Below are positions 33,905-43,284 of a stretch of DNA of 64,000 bases, piece by piece. Source of the stretch: Terriglobia bacterium (GTDB lineage Bacteria > Acidobacteriota > Terriglobia > 20CM-2-55-15). The notes beneath the pieces were generated by a model. That model saw only the letters and a program-made list of their open reading frames with translations, did not search any database and was not told where the DNA came from. The stretch is from contig CBDAOY010000003.1 of assembly GCA_965198225.1 (NCBI GenBank), positions 97,481-161,480 on the forward strand. The letters run 5' to 3'. The translations under genes and the position numbers were made by a program. Position 1 is the stretch's first letter; every line of letters starts with the position of its first letter.

Positions 33905-33947
33905 ATTAACGGGAACCGAGCGAACCGGGGTAGCAGGACACGGGCCG

Positions 33948-34349
33948 CTACGAACCGAGCGCCTGCTGGAGTTGTGCAGCCGTGATCGACCAGTGGGAGG
34001 CGTGCCATACGGCACGGGAGTCCTCGATCATGATGACTTGCGGCGATTCGTGCTGGACGCCCATCTCGAGAGCGATCGCGTCGGAAAGCCGTCGGTCTTC
34101 CACGACATCGACGACACCGCAGGCGAGGGAAGCGTTACCGGAAGCAAACTCTTCGAAGTCACGCAGCACGGCGTCGCTGACGCCACAACGCGTGCTGTGT
34201 TTGAAGACCAGGACCCGCTTCGACCTCGAACGCCTCAGGAACTCTTGCCAGTCCTCCCCGTCGCGAAGGCGAATCGGCGAAACCGCTCCGGATTGTTGGA
34301 CGTCGTCAGGTTCGCTCCGGTCGAAGGTTTTCTTCGGTCGGTGGAACAT
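33948..34349 (-). CDS. ytxJ: YtxJ/DUF2847 monothiol thioredoxin-like protein
   Basis: [18 protein letters not shown] and WHASHWSI motifs. Confidence 0.82.
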   Translation of the reverse strand: MFHRPKKTFDRSEPDDVQQSGAVSPIRLRDGEDWQEFLRRSRSKRVLVFKHSTRCGVSDAVLRDFEEFASGNASLACGVVDVVEDRRLSDAIALEMGVQHESPQVIMIEDSRAVWHASHWSITAAQLQQALGS

Positions 34350-34446
34350 CGGATGCCGCTCGGCTTTTTTTCTCTCCTCTCGTTCCTTACTATATCAAAG
34401 ATGCGAAGGCCCGCCGTCGGGCTGATCCGGTAGACAGGAGGCGTGA

Positions 34447-35994
34447 TTGCCCAGCAGAGAGATTACCGACGACCTTGAACTGCTCATGGGCGTGCTGCCC
34501 GCGAGCATCCGGGAATCCCTCGGTCGTGAGGCCGACCTGGGTGACCTGATTGAGGTCATCATGGATCTGGGACGCCGACCCGAGGCCCGCTTCCCTCGAG
34601 GATCGGTGCATCTGGGCGAAGATCCTGTCAAGCGGGAGCAGCTGGACCACGTGATCGGCCGCGTCGGCTCCTTTACGGATGACAATCGGGCCGGCATAGA
34701 ACGCACCCTGCACCGGATTTCAGCGATGCGAAACAGGCGCGACGCTGTTGTTGGTCTCACGTGTCGAGTCGGCCGCGCGGTGTTCGGAACCGTGGAAATC
34801 CTACGCAACGTGATCGAGAGCGGGCAGAGTCTGTTGTTGCTGGGCCGTCCGGGAATCGGCAAGACGACTCTGCTCCGGGAGAGCGCTCGAGTTCTGTCCA
34901 CTGAACTGGGAAAACGCGTGATCGTGGTCGACACATCGAACGAAATTGCCGGCGACGGAGACATACCGCATCCGGGAATCGGCAAAGCTCGCCGCATGCA
35001 GGTGCCCAGCCCCGACCAGCAGCATGCCGTGATGATCGAAGCGGTCGAGAACCACATGCCCGAAGTCATCGTCATCGATGAGATCGGTACCGAGGCCGAG
35101 GCGCTGGCGGCGCGAACCATCGCGGAACGCGGAGTGCAGTTGATCGCCACGGCCCACGGAAACTCGCTGGACAACCTCCTGATGAACCCGACGCTGTCGG
35201 ATTTGCTTGGAGGGATCCATGCCGTCACTCTGGGCGACGAGGAGGCGCGACGCCGCCGGACCCAGAAAACGGTGCTCGAGCGCAAGGCGCCACCGACCTT
35301 CGACACGCTCGTCGAAATAAGGACCAGGGATCGCTTCTGTGTCTACCACGACACTGCTTCCGTTGTGGATGCATTCCTGAGAGGCAAGTCGATTCGTCCG
35401 GAGATCCGCATTCGTGGTCCGGAAGGCTACGAGATCGTCGAGGACGACCGAACGTCCGAAGCAGCGATCGAGGAAGAGATCCAAACAGCCGGCAAGCGCG
35501 GCGGAAACTCGGGTACGCGGGCTCGCCGCACAAGGACTCTCCGTATTCTCCCGTACGGAGTCAGCCGAGACCGCCTTCTTCGTGGTATCGACGAGCTGAA
35601 AGTGCCGGCGACGATCACGAGGACGGCTAAGGACGCCAACCTCGTCCTGACGCTCAAGGCGCACGAAAAGCGGCAGCCCCGAACACTCCGGGAGTTGGAA
35701 GAGCGTGGCCTGGAAGTCGCCGTGATCCGGAGCAACACACTCAGCCAGATCAAGGGTTACCTTAGTGAAGCGTTCGGTCTGGAGCCGCACAAGAATGTCG
35801 AGGAAGAGGCACTGCGTGAGGCGCAGGAAGGCGTCGATCGTGTGATGTCCTACGGCAAGCCGGTCGAACTTGCACCGCAGGCCTCAGAAATCCGCCGCCT
35901 GCAGCACATGCTGGTCGAGGAAATGGGCCTGGGGTCCTACAGCCGCGGCGAAATGCCCTGGCGCCGCGTCATCGTCCTCCCAACCCGCGGTTAG
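34447..35994 (+). CDS. SpoIIIAA/Ycf45-like AAA ATPase with C-terminal R3H domain
   Basis: GRPGIGKT, VDTSNEI, VIDEIG motifs and RRLQH (R3H). Confidence 0.88.
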   Translation: MPSREITDDLELLMGVLPASIRESLGREADLGDLIEVIMDLGRRPEARFPRGSVHLGEDPVKREQLDHVIGRVGSFTDDNRAGIERTLHRISAMRNRRDAVVGLTCRVGRAVFGTVEILRNVIESGQSLLLLGRPGIGKTTLLRESARVLSTELGKRVIVVDTSNEIAGDGDIPHPGIGKARRMQVPSPDQQHAVMIEAVENHMPEVIVIDEIGTEAEALAARTIAERGVQLIATAHGNSLDNLLMNPTLSDLLGGIHAVTLGDEEARRRRTQKTVLERKAPPTFDTLVEIRTRDRFCVYHDTASVVDAFLRGKSIRPEIRIRGPEGYEIVEDDRTSEAAIEEEIQTAGKRGGNSGTRARRTRTLRILPYGVSRDRLLRGIDELKVPATITRTAKDANLVLTLKAHEKRQPRTLRELEERGLEVAVIRSNTLSQIKGYLSEAFGLEPHKNVEEEALREAQEGVDRVMSYGKPVELAPQASEIRRLQHMLVEEMGLGSYSRGEMPWRRVIVLPTRG

Positions 35995-36179
35995 TTCTCC
36001 TGATTTTTTCACCGCAAAGACGTAAAGAAATACTACTCCCCTTGGATCACAGAGAGCGGTGGAGGCGCCGCGTAGGCTAGGAAGGCGAAGCGAGGGCGCC
36101 GCAGGCGTATGAAGAATACGTCGAGGACGACTGAGCGAGCCTGACAACGCATACGCGGATGCATCCGCCGCTCGATGGG

Positions 36180-36935
36180 CTATCTAGCACAGGTTTCGGC
36201 GCGTCCCCCGTCGATCGAGTAGGTGGCGCCGGTTATCCAGCCTGCTTTGTCCGAAGCCAGGTACAGGATCAGGTCGGCGATCTCCTCGGGTTGACCGATC
36301 CTGCCGATGGGGTGGGTGTCCTTGCTGTATTCCACGAAGGCCTCGTAGGATTCCCGTTCCATTCCGGAATTCAAGTGCAGGTTCGTGCGGACGACCCCAG
36401 GGTTGACGGCATTGACGCGAACGCCTTCGGAAGCAAGTTCGAGTGCGGCGCATCGGGTCAATTGGTCGACGGCTGCCTTGCTCACGCAGTAGGCCAGCAC
36501 CCCCGGGAAGGCCCTGAGCCCCGTCACGCTGGACACGTTTACGATGTTGCCCTTTTTTTCGATGATCGAGGGCAGGCACAGCCGCATCAGGTGAAGCACC
36601 GAGCGGACGTTGATCGCCATCATCTCGTCGTATTCCGCCAGAGTCAGCTTCTCGATGCTTCCCAGTGAGATGATACCGGCTGCGTTGACAAGGATGTCGG
36701 TGCCGCCGAACTCTTTGCCGACATCGTCGATCAGCGCGACGGTTGCGTCTTCCGACGTCAAGTCGACCTGATGAGTGTGGATGTGTTCCGAGAGAGCCTT
36801 CAGGTCCCCCAGCGCGTCTGGCCGCCGCCCGGCTGCCACGACCCGCGCGCCGTCGGCAGCGAACGCCAGGGCTGTGGCACGCCCGATACCGCTTGTCGCC
36901 CCGGTCACGACGACGACTTTGCCTTGGAACTCCAT
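36180..36935 (-). CDS. Short-chain dehydrogenase/reductase
   Basis: TGATSGIG, VNAAG, YCVSK and NAVNPG motifs; start at MEFQGK. Confidence 0.92.
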   Translation of the reverse strand: MEFQGKVVVVTGATSGIGRATALAFAADGARVVAAGRRPDALGDLKALSEHIHTHQVDLTSEDATVALIDDVGKEFGGTDILVNAAGIISLGSIEKLTLAEYDEMMAINVRSVLHLMRLCLPSIIEKKGNIVNVSSVTGLRAFPGVLAYCVSKAAVDQLTRCAALELASEGVRVNAVNPGVVRTNLHLNSGMERESYEAFVEYSKDTHPIGRIGQPEEIADLILYLASDKAGWITGATYSIDGGRAETCAR

Positions 36936-38524
36936 CAATTTTCTGTGAACGTCAGGTCCAGTGCCCAGAGCTCGGTTTTTTCTATTTCCACCGATGACAC
37001 GAGCCAGGTTCCGGCTGGGTGGTCGTCGAACCAGGGGAAGATGCGTCCGGCGACGTCTTCGGTGTTGCCCTCGGAAGTCCGTATCGTGCCGCTCGCAAAA
37101 AACGCCGGTTGACTCCGGCTCCACACTCCCGATATCGGGTTTGGTGCGACGGCAATCTCCTGCGGTTCGGTCCCGTCCATGCTCGCCGTCCAGAGGCTAC
37201 CCTGGTGCCAGTACAGGATTGCCGTGCCGTCCGGGGAGTATCGTGGACCGTAACCGCCGCCGTTCAACTTCAGGCGCTTTCCGCCGGAGGAAGGAATGCT
37301 CCATAGCGCCAGCGGGCCGCCACGCTCGGAGGCAAAGACGATCGATCGACCGTCGGGAGACCAGTCCGCCGCTGTGTCGATTTCGGCTGCATCTGTAAGT
37401 CTTTCGGGTATGCCGGTTCGGACGTCGACCTTCCAGATGTCCTTGTTGCCGTCCAGATCGGTCCGGGAATAGACGATCTGGTTCCCGTTCGGCGAAAAGC
37501 GTGGCTGCCGCCCAAGTGCCAGGTATTGAGGGTTTTGGCCATCGATCGAGGCGAGCCAGAGCTCGAAGCGGCCCTCATCTTCAACACAGTACACCACCGA
37601 CAGGCCGTCGGGTGAGACGGACGGTTCGAATTCCAGGTAATCGGTCCCGATGATCGGCGTGCCTTCCGCAGTGGCGATGTCGGAGTCGATGAAATGGCGG
37701 GGAAGAACAACGCGTTCGCCCGAGACTGCAATACCCAGGGGCTCCAGTGCCAGACCCATCATGGGTGAGGTGATCGGCAGCAGCGTGTTCTCGTTCAGGT
37801 CGATGTACCACACGGCCAGTCCCCCCGCACGATCGGTCAGGTAGACCAAGTGCTGGTTGTCCAGCACCCAGTCCACAGCGGTCGGGTTTTCCGCGTTGCG
37901 GTCGGCGATCACCGGCGTGGCTTCGAGCGTCTCGAGATCCACTTGCCACACCTCCCCTCGGAGGTTCAGCATGGACTTGATGAACACGAGCGCGGTCCCA
38001 TCTGGAGAGAATCGCGGTGACCGGATCGTCACGTCCTCGTTGGGATCGGCGGAAACTACCGCGTCAGAGTCCCTCCCATCTACGGTCGCGACCCAGAGAG
38101 CCCGATTCCGGACGAACACAATCCGATCGTCGGAGGACCAGCTCAGCTCGGTCGCATCCGACAGAAACGGCGACGTCCGACCGTCGTCGGGACGGACCTC
38201 GTATGTATCGCCGCCTCTGGAGAAGGTGATCCGTTCACCGTCGGGTGTCCAGTCCGGAGCGGACTCCGGTTCCGGAGTGTCGGTGATCTGCTGCTGTGCG
38301 CCGTCGGCGTTGTTGACGAACCAGAGGTTGCCCGAAGAGATCACGGCATACCGCACCCCGTCCGGGGCGATCGCGAGGTCGGTTTCGATGCCGGTGACAT
38401 CGAGGAGGGCAGACACCTCCGGAGCATCCAGCGACCGGCGGACCGGGCCCGTCATGGTGAGAACGAAAACCGCCGCCCCGATCAGGACGCTCGCAACGAC
38501 GAGGGGGATTACCGGGATCCGCAT
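36935..38524 (-). CDS. Membrane-anchored TolB-like (PD40 repeat) double beta-propeller
   Basis: Repeated P-x-[WF]SPDG motifs; N-terminal TM segment. Confidence 0.82.
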   Translation of the reverse strand: MRIPVIPLVVASVLIGAAVFVLTMTGPVRRSLDAPEVSALLDVTGIETDLAIAPDGVRYAVISSGNLWFVNNADGAQQQITDTPEPESAPDWTPDGERITFSRGGDTYEVRPDDGRTSPFLSDATELSWSSDDRIVFVRNRALWVATVDGRDSDAVVSADPNEDVTIRSPRFSPDGTALVFIKSMLNLRGEVWQVDLETLEATPVIADRNAENPTAVDWVLDNQHLVYLTDRAGGLAVWYIDLNENTLLPITSPMMGLALEPLGIAVSGERVVLPRHFIDSDIATAEGTPIIGTDYLEFEPSVSPDGLSVVYCVEDEGRFELWLASIDGQNPQYLALGRQPRFSPNGNQIVYSRTDLDGNKDIWKVDVRTGIPERLTDAAEIDTAADWSPDGRSIVFASERGGPLALWSIPSSGGKRLKLNGGGYGPRYSPDGTAILYWHQGSLWTASMDGTEPQEIAVAPNPISGVWSRSQPAFFASGTIRTSEGNTEDVAGRIFPWFDDHPAGTWLVSSVEIEKTELWALDLTFTEN

Positions 38525-38569
38525 AACTCGAAATAATAGCACGGATTACGGGCCGTCCCGGGTTGCCGC

Positions 38570-38645
38570 TAGTGACCTGTAACAGTGCTATCGGTACCGG
38601 CGAACCCATCGGCGATGGTGCCGATAGCACTGTTACAGGCCACTA
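38570..38645. mobile_element. 76-bp hairpin MITE-like element
   Basis: TAGTGACCTGTAACAGTGCTATCGGTACC ... GGTGCCGATAGCACTGTTACAGGCCACTA; solo right ends at ~29494-29514 and 49093-49114. Confidence 0.7.
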
Positions 38646-38830
38646 AGCGCTCGGCGCCTCCCAAAACAGGCGCTCCGTCCTCGGCAACGGATTTCAAGTG
38701 GTCCGTCGGTCGACATTTAGTTAAGCTATTCGCTGGTGAGGTTTTTTGATTTCCTCCGTCTAACTTGGGAGCAAAGGATAGTCCTGCCTGGATAGGCAGG
38801 GTTGAGAGTTGGATTGAGGTTTATCATAAA

Positions 38831-39031
38831 ATGGCCAAACGTATTAGAGAATCAAGGGTTTATAGCCAACCTACGATGTGCCTGCAGTGCCATCTGGTGG
38901 TTGGAATGTCCCATGGACCGGACGCCGACGCCCGCAAGGGCGCCTGGGAATGTCCGAATTGTGGGCACAAATACCCGTTTGCGCACTGGAAAATAAAGAA
39001 ACAGAACAGGGGCAAAACGAAGGCGGCATAA
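38831..39031 (+). CDS. Small basic zinc-ribbon protein (66 aa)
   Basis: CLQC...WECPNCG; GAGG upstream of ATG 38831; Lys/Arg-rich ends. Confidence 0.6.
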   Translation: MAKRIRESRVYSQPTMCLQCHLVVGMSHGPDADARKGAWECPNCGHKYPFAHWKIKKQNRGKTKAA

Positions 39032-39228
39032 GGGATTTCAGGTACGAGTGGTTCGATCTATTCGTAAACTATTCGAATCACGGACTTTATTGTTTTAGCG
39101 GCGTTGCGGACGCCGTCCCACCTCAGAAGTCTACGAGTCACGCGCCCCCTTTTGATGCCGATGTGAGTCTTTGGCAACGGAGGGGCGATTCCTCCATAGG
39201 CAATGGTTGTCGATAGATTTGAGGTTGC

Positions 39229-40746
39229 GTGGAACCCTCCGCGAAGCGGCTGACCATCACAATCGGAATCCTGGTCGGGATGTTTCTGGCTGCCCTGGAA
39301 GCGACCGTCGTGGGCACCGCTATGCCCACGGTCGTGGCTTCGCTCGGAGGCCTGGAAATCTACAGCTGGGTGTTTTCTGCCTACCTGCTGAGCTCTACCG
39401 TAACGGTTCCCGCGTGGGGCAAACTGTCCGACCTCTACGGACGACGTCCCTTTTACCTGCTGGCGATAGCGATCTTCCTGCTGGGCTCGATCCTGTCGGG
39501 ACAGGCGCAGTCGATGTCGCAGTTGATCGCTTTCCGCGTGGTGCAGGGTTTGGGGGCGGGCGGACTCTTGCCTCTGGCGATGACGATCATCGCCGAGTTG
39601 TACACTCCGGTGGAGCGTGCCCGAGTCCAGGGTTATTTCAGCGGAGTCTGGGGGCTGGCGAGTATTTTGGGTCCTCTGCTAGGCGGGATCATCACCGATC
39701 AACTCAGCTGGCGTTGGGTCTTCTACCTGAACATCCCGTTCGGACTCGTGGCGGGTCTGATCATCGGGACCCAACTCGTCGAAGACCGCTCTCACCTGCG
39801 GGCGCGAAAAATCGATGTATCGGGAATCCTGTTGTTCACGTCATCGATCACGCTCATGATGCTGCTCCTGTTGCGGAGCGCCCAGTCGTTCGACCTGTCG
39901 TCACCCCCAAACCTCTTGTTGCTCGCGGGATCGCTCGCTTTGATGGCGCTGTTCGTCAGCGCGGAGAGGGCCGCCAAAGAACCGCTCATTCCAGTCGAAC
40001 TGTTTCGCAACCGTGTTTTCACAGGATCGTCGATCAACGGGTTTCTTGCCGGTATGTCGATGTTCGGCCTGATCTCGTTCGTTCCCCTCTACATTCAGGG
40101 TGTGTCGGGAACCGGGGCGACCGAGGCCGGATCCGTACTGACTCCCCTGCTCATGGGTTGGGTGATCTTCTCGTTTCTTGGAGCCCGGATGCTGTTGAGG
40201 GTCACGTTCCGGTGGACGATGCTGTCGGGCATGGTGTTGATGGTTCTGGGATTCGTGCTGCTCGACTTGATGGACGGGTCCACATCCCGCTTCATGATCC
40301 TACGGAATGTCGGCCTGATCGGTGCCGGAATGGGTCTCGTGATGATTACCGGCCTGATTGCCGTCCAGTCTTCGGTGAGCCGTGAACAGCTCGGAATCGC
40401 AACATCCACGGCACAATTCTTCCGGAGCATCGGCGGCGCAATCGGAGTGGCGGTGATGGGGACCGTCATGACTCAGCGCATGAATGCCGAAATGTTGCTT
40501 CTGGGATCGGACACCGTTGCGGGAGCCGATCTGAGCGGTCTGGAGCAACTTGTTCAGAACCCGAGCGCATTCCTCCAACCGGCCACCCGCGAACTCATCG
40601 CCCCGGCATTGGTCGGGACATTCCAGTCGATGCTGGCACAGGCCTTACATTCGACCTTTGTCGTCGGAACCGTGGTCAGCGTCCTCGCGTTGTTGTCGGT
40701 CGCGCTGATGCCTTCCGTCCGGCTGACCCGGACGGTGGACCGATGA
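39229..40746 (+). CDS. DHA2-family (14-TM, EmrB/QacA-like) MFS efflux transporter
   Basis: LEATVVGTAMP, GKLSDLYGRR and WRWVFYLNIP motifs. Confidence 0.92.
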   Translation: MEPSAKRLTITIGILVGMFLAALEATVVGTAMPTVVASLGGLEIYSWVFSAYLLSSTVTVPAWGKLSDLYGRRPFYLLAIAIFLLGSILSGQAQSMSQLIAFRVVQGLGAGGLLPLAMTIIAELYTPVERARVQGYFSGVWGLASILGPLLGGIITDQLSWRWVFYLNIPFGLVAGLIIGTQLVEDRSHLRARKIDVSGILLFTSSITLMMLLLLRSAQSFDLSSPPNLLLLAGSLALMALFVSAERAAKEPLIPVELFRNRVFTGSSINGFLAGMSMFGLISFVPLYIQGVSGTGATEAGSVLTPLLMGWVIFSFLGARMLLRVTFRWTMLSGMVLMVLGFVLLDLMDGSTSRFMILRNVGLIGAGMGLVMITGLIAVQSSVSREQLGIATSTAQFFRSIGGAIGVAVMGTVMTQRMNAEMLLLGSDTVAGADLSGLEQLVQNPSAFLQPATRELIAPALVGTFQSMLAQALHSTFVVGTVVSVLALLSVALMPSVRLTRTVDR

Positions 40747-41372
40747 AGCTGCCGGAGAGTTTCTATTCCCGGCCGGCTGTCGATGTCGCCGTCGACCTGA
40801 TCGGAAAAGTCCTGGTTCGTCGGGTCGGTCGAACCCGGATGGCGGGGATCATCGTCGAGACCGAGGCCTACGCCGGGCCCCACGACCTGGCCTGTCACGC
40901 CTCGAAAGGGAAGACCCCTCGAACGTCCGTTATGTTCGGGCCTCCGGGACGGGCTTATGTCTACATGATCTACGGAGTCTACTACTGCCTCAACGCCGTC
41001 ACTGGAAGGACCGGATATCCCGCCGCCGTTCTGGTCCGGGCGATCGAACCCCTGGACGGAATCCGGGCGATGAAACGGCGCCGGCCCAAGGCGGCGCGGG
41101 ACGTCGACATCGGTAGCGGACCGGGCAAACTGTGTCAGGCTATGTCGATCGATCGTGGCTTGAATACGGTCAACCTCGGGGGTCGAAGCCTCTGGATCGA
41201 GAATCACGACATGGATCCGGGTCCGGTCGCCGCCGGTCCGCGCATCGGCGTGGATTATGCCGGAGAGTATCGCGACAAGCCGTGGCGCTTCTTTGTCCCC
41301 GACAACCCGCACATTTCGCGCCACCGGCTCAATTCCGAGGGCCGGCCAATAGTTGCAGGATTCGGGTCTTAA
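40743..41372 (+). CDS. mpg: DNA-3-methyladenine glycosylase (AAG/Mpg family)
   Basis: IVETEAY, AYVYMIYG, AVLVRAIEP, GPGKLC and GPRIGV motifs. Confidence 0.92.
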   Translation: MKLPESFYSRPAVDVAVDLIGKVLVRRVGRTRMAGIIVETEAYAGPHDLACHASKGKTPRTSVMFGPPGRAYVYMIYGVYYCLNAVTGRTGYPAAVLVRAIEPLDGIRAMKRRRPKAARDVDIGSGPGKLCQAMSIDRGLNTVNLGGRSLWIENHDMDPGPVAAGPRIGVDYAGEYRDKPWRFFVPDNPHISRHRLNSEGRPIVAGFGS

Positions 41373-41433
41373 TGCAGAGAAACCAACGAACAGGCCGCTC
41401 TCTCGCGGCGTCCGTTTATGGGATGGTGATTTC

Positions 41434-42663
41434 ATGAGCCGATTCAGCAGAATTTTGTTGTGTGTTGTCGTCAGCATGGGGATGGCGGGCCAGGTCTCGG
41501 AGGCTGCGTTTCCCGACTATCTGGATCTTTACCGTGAGGACCCGTTCCGCCGGGCGGATGTGGATGGCTGCAACGTGTGTCACATCTCTCCGAGCGGGGG
41601 CGGCGCGCACAACTCATTCGGTATCGCTTTCTTCGACGCGGGCGAGCGCATCACACCGATGATGCGGGCCGACTACCCCGATCGATTCGACTATCCTACG
41701 CCCAGTATCGGGGACATGGTCGTTCATTTTGCCGATCCGGAAAACAACAAGGTCGTGATCGAACTTGCCGGCACGAAGTACCTCGTCGACCTGGAATCGC
41801 GGAGTATTCCCGGACTGGCGCCGGAGGCGCCAACTGAAGAGCCCCCTCCCTCTGAGGAAGCCCCTTCCGCGTCGTTCACCAGTGCCGGCGACGAGATACC
41901 AGTCGATGAGTACGCCTACGAAGGAGCGTTCTTCGGATCCCGCATCGTCAACCTGCCCAACGCCAAGCCGATGGAGCGCGGAGGAGTGGAGTTTCTGGTC
42001 GGCCACCGCTTCAGAGGCGCGATCTTCAACAGAGACTCGCCGAGAAACCTTTTCGGGTTCGACACCGGCGCGATCGTGACGTTCGGGGTTCAGGTCGGAC
42101 TGACGGATTGGATGAGTGTTCAGGTGTTGCGCAGCGCCGAAGGACCCCGGACGATCGAGCTGAGTTCGGCCCTCCAGTTCTCGCGGCAGGGCGAATCGGC
42201 TCCGCTGTCGACCCAACTGCGGGTCGGCGTCGAAGGAAGACAGAACTTCACGGAGCGTTTCGCGCCGTTCGTGCAGTTTGTTTCCACCCGCAGTTTTGGA
42301 GACCGGTTCTCGCTGGCCGTCGCGCCCAGCATCGCTTTCAACACGCGGAACGAGGATTCTCCTTTCCCGCCGTCGTTGCTGTTCGGGGAGGAGTTCGACT
42401 ATACCGCTGCCCTTGGGTTGGGAGCCGGTCTGCGGCTGACTCCGACCGTATCCCTCATCGGCGAGTACATCCCCCGACTCAAGGGTTTCACGGGGGAGCT
42501 GTTCGACCGGCCCGCCGTGTCGTTCGGCGTGCAGAAGTCGACGTTCCGGCACACGTTCGAGCTGGTATTCTCGACCGCGCGGCCAATGACGACGGCCCAG
42601 TACACCGTGAACGGAACCGACGCGTTCAAGATTGGCTTCAATATTTACCGCCGGCTTCGATAA
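41434..42663 (+). CDS. DUF5777-like outer-membrane beta-barrel with N-terminal CxxCH domain
   Basis: Signal peptide, CNVCH, RIVNLP...VGHRF...FGFD, HTFELVFS and terminal GFNIYRR motifs. Confidence 0.7.
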   Translation: MSRFSRILLCVVVSMGMAGQVSEAAFPDYLDLYREDPFRRADVDGCNVCHISPSGGGAHNSFGIAFFDAGERITPMMRADYPDRFDYPTPSIGDMVVHFADPENNKVVIELAGTKYLVDLESRSIPGLAPEAPTEEPPPSEEAPSASFTSAGDEIPVDEYAYEGAFFGSRIVNLPNAKPMERGGVEFLVGHRFRGAIFNRDSPRNLFGFDTGAIVTFGVQVGLTDWMSVQVLRSAEGPRTIELSSALQFSRQGESAPLSTQLRVGVEGRQNFTERFAPFVQFVSTRSFGDRFSLAVAPSIAFNTRNEDSPFPPSLLFGEEFDYTAALGLGAGLRLTPTVSLIGEYIPRLKGFTGELFDRPAVSFGVQKSTFRHTFELVFSTARPMTTAQYTVNGTDAFKIGFNIYRRLR

Positions 42664-43161
42664 TCATCTGTCGACGGCTGGGATAGTCTGTAGGATCTCT
42701 CGAGTCGAAGCGGTCTCGGACTGGGACGGGCTGACGCCGATCCACAGTATCGTTCCCCGTGCGTCGATGAAAAAGACGGCCGGGTGCGCGATTCTGAATG
42801 CGTCGACGCCGAACATGTTGTAGACACCGTAGGCCTTGGTGACTTCCCGCTGCTCGTCGAAAAGGATCGGAAACGGATAGTCGTGTGAGGCGACAAATTT
42901 TCGTCCGCCGAACGCACCCTGAGTCTTCTGGGCAGATATGAAAGCGACCCGGATCCCCCGTGTTTCGAATTCCTCCCAGTCTGTCTCGAACTGAGACAGT
43001 TGCCGGCGGCAGTTGGGTCACCAGGTGCCGCGCAGGAAGACGATCAGCAACGCCTTGCCACCCAGCTCCGAGGATGAGACCGTGGTGCCGTCTGCGGTCG
43101 TTAGCTCGAAGGCGGGGGCGACGTCTCCCACACGCAGCTTGTCGGAATGGTCCTTCAGCAT
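42664..43161 (-). CDS. AhpC/TSA peroxiredoxin-like selenoprotein (Sec48, UxxC motif)
   Basis: Manual translation: MLKDHSDKLRVGDVAPAFEL...LLIVFLRGTW-TGA-PNCRRQL...FPILFDEQREVTKAYGV...HPAVFFID; the TGA at 43018-43020 sits in the CxxC position and a hairpin follows it. Confidence 0.88.
42981..43020 (-). promoter_or_regulatory. Candidate bacterial SECIS element
   Basis: Minus strand TGA-cccaactgccgccggcaa-CTGTCTC-agttc-GAGACAG: 7-bp stem with a G-containing loop starting 18 nt after the UGA. Confidence 0.65.
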
Positions 43162-43284
43162 GGAAAGAGTTTACATGGAAGGGCAAGCGGCAGGCGGTAG
43201 GATAGCCTACGCGGTGCTGCACGGCTGCTACGACAAACAAGGGCGCTCAGACGGAGCATCCTTCTTTTTGAATGCTTGGTACTA

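Noticed and set aside
36050-36180. Possible ncRNA or MITE between convergent genes (partial similarity to ~24785-24810)
   Set aside because: Imperfect palindrome with no clear ends or recognisable RNA family; too weak to call.
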